DNA of 41,924 nt from Priapulus caudatus (lineage: Eukaryota). Location of the stretch: positions 851,684-893,607 of the forward strand of contig NW_014577073.1 of assembly GCF_000485595.1 (NCBI RefSeq), in the 5' to 3' direction. Shown here in pieces: positions 34,570-41,924 of this stretch (within the stretch, counting starts at the first letter, position 1; each line of letters opens with the position of its first letter). Below the pieces are notes generated by a model, which was not told the origin of the DNA, did no database searches, and worked only from the letters and a program-made list of their open reading frames with translations. Both the position numbers and the translations under genes were made by a program.

Positions 34570-36204
34570 TGCAATGAAATCATGCACGATTACAATTTTG
34601 CGTTCTGTTTCTGTTTACCGTTGCCATCTCTCGAATTTTCTCGCGGTAGCGCGAGACATCTGTCACGGTGCAGCAATGCATACCACGCACCGTAGAAATC
34701 AGGTCAGAGTGTAAACGCAGATGCTCATAGTCATACTAGCGTAAACAGCAGTGTAGTACTAATGCCACGTGAAGTCTGTTATTATAGAAGCTTGTGGATT
34801 GCCAGTCAGATAGTAACAGGGGAATGACAATGACAGAAAGTGCTCTGAATTATTGACATAAAAACTCAATAATATTTACCAAACAGAATTGCACGCCCTT
34901 TTGTTTTAATTATGTTCGCTTGTTTGAGACGCCATTTGTGATTTTTGAAAGTCTTGACTCGAAAAAATTTGCTGCTGGTATGATGTGGTCAAATCAATTT
35001 GTCTATGCTATAACTACATAAAATGATGGTGTTTTGAATGTTGGTGTAATCAGTGATATTTTCGCTGTCAGGTGAGACTATATTCAGCTATATTTAGTTT
35101 TTCTGGGCAAAATTCTCGCAATGATTGTTTTAAGATGTGACAATTTCAAAATTAACCGCTTCGAACAGAAAATTGGCGTGGCTTACTGCCGCTTAAGATG
35201 ATGTCACGCAAGTCACGCATCGAAACATCTTTGTATGTTCGCCACCGCGTTTACCTAATATATACATGCCCCAACTTGGCTGACTCACAGTTTTGTCCAT
35301 GGAAGGCTTTCGGGCCTTAGAATAATGTAAGATTATAAAAACTTTTAGGGCACAATTTATTGGTTTAAAGCTAGAGTAAATTAATTTTGTACATGTGGTC
35401 ATTCTAGGCATTGTCATCTAATTTTGTCTTAACTACTTATAATCTGTTTCCTCAATTTTTAATAGAAAATATAATGACCAGAAATCAAATTATATCAACT
35501 TCATTTGAAATTTTAAATCATACCAGGGTTTTTCACTGACGTGAGTTTTGAGTTGGCAAACAAGCCTGTTTTCCTTAACAATTGTCAGACATTTTCATTG
35601 CATACCTGTGAGGCAAATCATGAAATGAAAACAGAAGTAATATTAAAATTGAGACATGGTGGGAGATTACGTCGTAGGTCAACAGTTCTAAGCGGATGTT
35701 ATAAACACAGCCAGTGTCTTACTCAGAATTTTTTAAGCCATCCAAGAAAGCCATCCATTTTATTTGCCGGCCAAGTGGAGTATAACGATATATGTTTTCT
35801 AATAGCTTAGCACTCGGGAGGTGAGTAACTGCAAGATAAAAATCAATAGTCTGCTGAGTGAACTCGTGCTACAGATTTATGCAGCATTTATGTGATATTT
35901 GCTTAGATGTTCTTGTGGCCAGGTTGGGAGTGACCCCTTTAGTTGATGTATGTGCTAGATAGGTCTATGGTGGAGCAAAGCGCTGTATGGTAGAGCTAGA
36001 CTGAGCCTAACCTGCTCATGGTCTGTAACACAGTTAATCATGGGTACTGTTGAATCAGAGTCGTCTATACAAAGTTATGCATGACCATACTGCTTTTGTT
36101 ATATGTAAACATTCTTATGTAGCCTACATACTGTGTAATTAATAGTTATAGGCTAAATATTAAAATCCTAGGCATCAATATCTTTTATAAGTTTTATATA
36201 AGAT

Positions 36205-36959
36205 CAAGAGCATATAAAGAAGGAGAGCATACAACGGCGAAATGCTGAAACCATGTTGCAGTATTAGTCGAATTAATAAACTTTCCCCGTTTTATTTTGA
36301 TGATTCTTTGCAGTATTATTGATCAGCTGTCCTACCTTGTTAATATAAAACAAACCGCATGTCCCTACGATGCCTCTACGCTGAAATAATGAGCGTTGAA
36401 AATCTGGTATTTTTGCCGAAAACCAACTCGAGATCAGTTTTACTGCGACTACCTCTCGTTTTGTATACTGTATGTTGCTTCCGGTCGCTGCTGTGTAGCG
36501 CTAACTTGATACGTTATTACTACAGCGTTACTACATCCAGCGTAAGGGGCGGGTCATCACCATGGCGATAAATAACAAGACGTTTTTGTGGAGTAATGGC
36601 TGCGTCAATGACTGGAAATGCGAGAAAAGATAGTAGAAGGAAAATAAATTTCATTGTCAATGAATGACGGAAACACGCGAGGTTTCCCGAAGCTATCGCC
36701 AGAACGAGAGACAGTCGCAGCCACTACGTATCTTGAGTCGGTTTTCGGCAAAAATACCAGATTTTCACCGCTCATTATCTCAGCGTAGAGGCATCGTAGG
36801 GACAAGCGGTTTGTTTTATATTAGCAAGGTAGGAGAGCTGATCAATAATACCACAAAGAATCATCAAAATAAAACGGGCAAAGTTTATTAATTCGACTAA
36901 TACTGCAGCATGGCTTCAGCATTTCACCGTTGTACGCTCTCCTTCTTAATACGCTCTTG
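36205..36959. mobile_element. Second member of 26254 MITE family, 7-bp TSD ATAAGAT
   Basis: CAAGAGCATATAAAGAAGGAGAG...GCTCTTG; ATAAGAT at 36198 and 36960; ~230-bp TIRs. Confidence 0.93.
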
Positions 36960-37027
36960 ATAAGATAAATATCCTAAATAAGTTACTACAAGCTGCACTT
37001 GTCTTTTCACATAAATGGTATATATCT

Positions 37028-37376
37028 CAGGTGTAGAAATTAACTTTTGAACTCGGGAGTCCGACGCCCCACCCTCAAAAACAGGGAGTCCGCAGCAAAA
37101 TGAGGGAGTCCGCAGTCTGAGGTTTAAAATTAAAGATATTGACAATAATGCATGTGCTTATTTTTAAGATTCATGCAGCTGCACGTCTGCCAAATTTTCT
37201 TTGGATATTAGCTGAAAAAATACGGTAATTCCGCGAGGCCCTGCTCTGGAACAAACTAGTTAGTATGGCAGAATTTTCAAGGAGTCACACGAACTTCTGC
37301 ATATATGTCAAATCAGGGAGTCCAACAGTAAATCAGGGAGTATTTGACTTCGGACTCCCGTTAATTTTGCACCCTG
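37028..37376. mobile_element. hAT-like MITE
   Basis: CAGGTGTAGAAATTAAC / GTTAATTTTGCACCCTG; subterminal GGGAGTCC repeats; 8-bp flanks ATATATCT / ATATCTCT. Confidence 0.7.
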
Positions 37377-37377
37377 A

Positions 37378-37432
<55 letters not shown>

Positions 37433-37678
37433 GGTTACATCATTAACATTTATGCTCATGTCCCCTGTTAAATTACCAGCACAGAGAAATCAGCAGTGCA
37501 TATATCTGCGCATGCCAGCATGAGTCGCTGTGCTGATCATAGTCAAAACGCAGCTAAAGTACACATGGACTGTGTTCAATTATTAGTTGCCCGATTCTCA
37601 ATCTTGCACTTTGCCCCCAAGGAGATATTATGCAAAAGGTGTCCATATAATATACAATCAACATATATATATATAGTC

Positions 37679-38355
37679 CAGGGGTTGCCCTTGACTTTTT
37701 TATCAGGTGGCCGGCCAGGCCACTTGAGTATGAGATTCAGGTGGCCAAATGGATTTTCAGGTGGCCCGGTTGCTACATTTATTAAATAATTTATTTGTAT
37801 CCTAACTATGGGTAATGTGTTTTGGCAAATAATCGCAATAACATAGCTAGATTACGACAACAACAAAGAAAGAACAAAACCCTGACTGAGTTAAATATGT
37901 TCCCAAATATTAAAAAGCTTTCAAATTCTCTGGCAGTATCTTTATTAAGTAGCAGAACTCATGTCATTAAGATGTCAATCAAAACTGTCCTTCAATCATT
38001 CAATGTCAGTGTGACTGTCATCTGAACCTTAGACCTGATGAATCAGAATCAATTTCTGACATGGGGTCAGACCCATCAGAGTCTAATCATAAAATCAAAT
38101 CATATCGTAATCAAAATCAAAGATGAAACAACACTCTGGTATGTACGCACTTGTCTTGAACTCGTGGAGAAATGAATTGCGCAAAGAACCCACACAGCTG
38201 ATGAGTAGCGAATAGATTGCACGTGCACTACTGTTTTGATTTAGGCCAAGTAAAGCATTGTTTCTTGTTGCGATTCACATTCTCAGAATCTGCTTCCAGT
38301 AAACCACACGTACACACACACACGCGCGCACGGGCACGCACACACACACACGGGC

Positions 38356-38448
<93 letters not shown>

Positions 38449-38670
38449 CACGGCAATTAGCAGAGCGTCCCCTTGCGCAATCATGCGTGTACGTGTCGCA
38501 AGAACTCTGTGTGAGATGGATGTCCGGACGCGTAGCCTAGCGGCTCCTCGTCCGGCGGTCGCATAGCCACGGCCTTATTTTTATTGGTGGCCAGGCGGGC
38601 CACCAACCTGACAGTTTCAGGTGGCCCGACGCCGTTTCAGGTGGCCATTGGCATTTAAAGTCGAGCCCTG
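37679..38670. mobile_element. Old hAT-like non-autonomous element
   Basis: CAGGG...CCCTG ends, clusters of TCAGGTGGCC at both ends; TSD not convincing. Confidence 0.55.
38310..38450. repeat. (CA)n microsatellite
   Basis: Long perfect CA run 38361-38440. Confidence 0.97.
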
Positions 38671-39136
38671 TCTAAGTCTCAGACTCACTGCAGATTAGTT
38701 ATAGTTATAATTACAAGAGAGCTTTTATAAACAAGTTAATGGTAACTTTAGGTAGAAATTGTAATATTTACATGTTGCTGAATCAAATTAACAAATCCCT
38801 TTAACAAAGGGTCGTATGAATTAGGTTCCACCTTAGTAACTGGTTTAGACTATCTATATATATAGGATAGTGGTTCGGAAGATACCAGGATTAAGCATTG
38901 TACAGTACAGATTGCTAGGAGTAGGAGTGTCTGCAGTTTAGAAAGCAGGCTGCTAGTTATACAAACCATATTTTTAATTTTTATTCAAAATATTTGATCA
39001 TCACAGTTTTATAGACGTTGGTTAGGCAACATATCTAATGTATATCCAATTCCAATACCATATAATCACCTTGTTTGATTCATGATTGTCATTGTCATTT
39101 AGTTTGTTTTTTACTTAACTATATAGTATATTATAG

Positions 39137-39167
<31 letters not shown>

Positions 39168-39204
39168 TGTATCATAGTCAGTATGTGTATTGATAATTGA
39201 TATC

Positions 39205-39220
39205 ACATTGCTTTCCATAG
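39205..39220 (+). promoter_or_regulatory. Probable 3' splice acceptor of a SAC1 5'-UTR intron
   Basis: cacattgctttccatag 34 nt upstream of ATG, after AT-rich intron-like DNA. Confidence 0.5.
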
Positions 39221-39254
39221 ATCTTAGAGCTGAAAATAGCGAGAGGAATACGAG

Positions 39255-41033
39255 ATGGCGGCCGCTCCACTCTACGAAGAGCTGCGCCTCCATGTCACGC
39301 AGGATAGGTTCATCATTGAGCCGCCCGACTCCTCGAAGCAAGTGCTGGTCATCGACCGAGTGAGCCAGGACATCAGCCTAGAGTCCGACAGCAGCATCGC
39401 TACGGCGACGACGACTAGCCGGCAGATCTTCGGCGTGCTCGGCGTCGTGCGGCTCCTCGCCGGGCCATACCTGATCGTCATCACAAAGAGGTCAAAGGTC
39501 GGCGAGCTGAACGGCGACGCCATCTACCGCGTCGACGAGACGGACATGCTCTCGTACAAGCGCACTTTCTTCCACCTCACCGAGCAGCAGAACCAGGACA
39601 ACAAGACGTACCTGTCGATGGTGCAGGCCGTGCTGCAGATGCCGTCGTTCTACTTCAGCTACGCGTACGACCTGACGCACAGCCTGCAGCGGCTGCAGAA
39701 CACGAGCCCCGACTTCCGGCAGATGGCGCTGCATGAGCGGGCGGACGCGCGTTTTGTGTGGAACGCGCACCTACTCCGCGAGTTCGCCGACCAGCCCGAG
39801 CTCGGCCGCTACACGCTGCCCGTCATGATGGGCTTCGTGTCGGTGCGCACACTGACGATCAACAAGCGCGCGTTCAGCTGGGCGCTCGTCAGCCGGCGCA
39901 GCTGCTTCCGCGCCGGCACGCGCTACTACGTGCGCGGCGTCGACGCCGAGGGACACGCGGCGAACTTCGTCGAGACGGAGCAGATCGTCGACTGCGACGG
40001 CGAGCGCGGCGCGTTCGTACAGACGCGCGGCTCGATCCCGCTCTACTGGTCGCAGCGGCCGAACCTGCGCTACAAGCCGACGCCGGTGCTCGACCCTGCG
40101 CGCGCGCACGCCGACGGCTACAACCGGCACCTCGACGCGCAGGTGGTCAGCTACGGCCGCCAGGTGCTGATCAATCTCATCGACCACAAGGGCCCCGAGA
40201 AGCTGCTCGAGCGCTCGTTCGCGGGCCTCGCGAGCGCGAACGGCAACAGCTACGTGCGCTATGAGACGTTCGACTTCCACCACGAGTGCCGCAAGATGCG
40301 CTGGGACCGGCTGTCGATACTGATGGAGCGCATCGCTGACGACCAGCTCCGCCTCGGCTACTTCCACGTGCTGCGCGGTGGGCAGGTCGTGCGCACGCAG
40401 GAGGGCGTCTTCCGCACGAACTGCATCGACTGCCTCGACCGCACTAACGTCGTGCAGAGCATGATCGCGCGGCGCTGCCTCGAGGAGCAGCTGACGCGCT
40501 TCGGCGTGCTCGCCGACGGACAGACGCTGCGCGACTTCGACATGGCGACGTTCATCTACAACAACGTGTGGGCGGACAACGCCGACGTGTGCAGCATACA
40601 GTACGCGGGCACGGGCGCGCTGAAGACGGACTACACGCGCATGGGCAAGCGCACCTTCTACGGCCTCCTCAAGGACGGCTGGAACGCGTCGATTCGCTAC
40701 TTCATCAACAACTTCGCCGACGGCTTCCGGCAGGACGCGATGGACTTGTTTCTCGGCAACTACGTCGTCGAGGAGAACGAAGGCATCACGACGCCGTCGC
40801 CGCTGCAGACCGAGCGCACGTGGAGGATACTCGCACTGCCTCTCGTCTTCGTCGCAGCGCTCTCCATGTGCATCATCAGTCTGCTGATTCCTTCTGACGA
40901 CCTCCGGGAACAGTTGATATACATTCTGTTTTGGGGAGCTGCAAGCGTCGGCACGCTCTTCTTCATCCTGCTCTACGGGGTCGAGTTCGTAGACAAGCCG
41001 AAACTTGCGCAAGCTAAGCTAAAAACGGAGTGA
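39255..41033 (+). CDS. SAC1: Phosphatidylinositide (PI4P) phosphatase SAC1 / SACM1L orthologue, 592 aa, single coding exon
   Basis: Sac domain motifs FYFSY.YDLT, RFVWN, RAGTRY..RG.D..G..ANFVETEQ, QTRGSIP..WSQ, catalytic RTNCIDCLDRTN (CX5R from 40422), QYAGTGALKTD; two C-terminal hydrophobic segments; KLKTE dilysine end; Kozak-like GAGATGG. Confidence 0.98.
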   Translation: MAAAPLYEELRLHVTQDRFIIEPPDSSKQVLVIDRVSQDISLESDSSIATATTTSRQIFGVLGVVRLLAGPYLIVITKRSKVGELNGDAIYRVDETDMLSYKRTFFHLTEQQNQDNKTYLSMVQAVLQMPSFYFSYAYDLTHSLQRLQNTSPDFRQMALHERADARFVWNAHLLREFADQPELGRYTLPVMMGFVSVRTLTINKRAFSWALVSRRSCFRAGTRYYVRGVDAEGHAANFVETEQIVDCDGERGAFVQTRGSIPLYWSQRPNLRYKPTPVLDPARAHADGYNRHLDAQVVSYGRQVLINLIDHKGPEKLLERSFAGLASANGNSYVRYETFDFHHECRKMRWDRLSILMERIADDQLRLGYFHVLRGGQVVRTQEGVFRTNCIDCLDRTNVVQSMIARRCLEEQLTRFGVLADGQTLRDFDMATFIYNNVWADNADVCSIQYAGTGALKTDYTRMGKRTFYGLLKDGWNASIRYFINNFADGFRQDAMDLFLGNYVVEENEGITTPSPLQTERTWRILALPLVFVAALSMCIISLLIPSDDLREQLIYILFWGAASVGTLFFILLYGVEFVDKPKLAQAKLKTE

Positions 41034-41114
41034 TGGCAGCGATGCTAGTCATCTTCACTTCTAGTGTATGTCACTGTCTTTAATCATGCACATTCTTTAT
41101 ATATAGGTTCATGG

Positions 41115-41120
41115 AATAAA
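41115..41120 (+). terminator. Candidate polyadenylation signal of SAC1
   Basis: AATAAA 82 nt after stop; others lie near 41603. Confidence 0.4.
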
Positions 41121-41924
41121 TTAATTTAGGTTAATTAAGAATTCATTGTGTATACATGTGTGAAGTGACTGTTTACAACACTGGCAGATTATATTGTGTG
41201 ATGCACTTTTTCTAGACTAAGTGCATGTTGCTGCAATAATGATAAATTATTACGTTTAATGTACTCAAGTCTATATCGGTTTAAAACTCTACTAACCAAG
41301 CCAGTTTAGTCAACAATGAAACGCCAATAGTTTAATATTTAAATATAAGAAACTGATTAATATTTTGGTAAACTACGAGTACATAGCGATTAATTTGACA
41401 TACGATTTATAAGGTACTATATTGTACTTCCTTTGTAATTTGTCATCCAGTGTGGCACTCACTGTAGGCATTACAGAAGCTTTAATGAAATTATTAGCGA
41501 AACGTTTCTGCCATGCTTACAAATCATAGGTATGCTTTGTAATTGCATGCTGTTGCTAGCCTATAGCCTTGTATAATAATAGGCCTCATCAAACAAGTCG
41601 GAAATAAAGGATGAATATAAATAATCATATTCTTTTTGTTAAGATAGCATCTTTTACAAATCAGCCCAGGTGGGTCAGCCTAGCTGGAAAGGAAACCAAT
41701 TTTCATGCATATAGCAATGATTCGTGTACATACCCATGTAAGGAAATGAAAGTCTGGCGGGCAGCCGCTGGTGGGTGTGGTCAGTGGTGTCATTTGAAAG
41801 GCACCCCAAAATTGAGCTAGATTAGCTGGAGAGGCGCATGCGCCCCACCACTCAAAAATTCTGGCAGTGTCCATTCCTGATACCTGGGACCATGCCGAAC
41901 ATTTTCCAATAGGGGGTTTCCTCT

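Noticed and set aside
39771..41012. 413-aa antisense ORF opposite SAC1
   Set aside because: Shadow ORF expected from extreme GC3 bias; no recognisable motifs

Overview
Invertebrate-animal genomic DNA from a draft assembly (spliceosomal introns, microsatellites, four N-gaps, tracts of indel-rich read-like sequence); no prokaryotic features. Two divergent genes: (1) a minus-strand multi-exon gene (at least 24 coding exons traced from 25354 down to ~9112, continuing beyond the left edge) encoding a large RCC1-repeat protein resembling claret/GLO-4 Rab32/38 GEFs, and (2) an intronless 592-aa SAC1 phosphoinositide phosphatase at 39255-41033 (+). The most striking structure is a >5-kb, 57-bp minisatellite that is a tandem amplification of an exon 3' end plus its GC-type splice donor (GGGAATATTACGCAG|GCACGT), with an in-frame, stop-free 19-codon period. 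Introns and intergenic DNA hold many non-autonomous DNA transposons, including three long-TIR foldback elements with 7-bp ATNNNAT target duplications (P/Galileo-like), Helentron/HINE-like, hAT-like, TTAA-type and 9-bp-TSD elements. Two multi-kb direct duplications flanking 25-N gaps are probably gap-filling artefacts.
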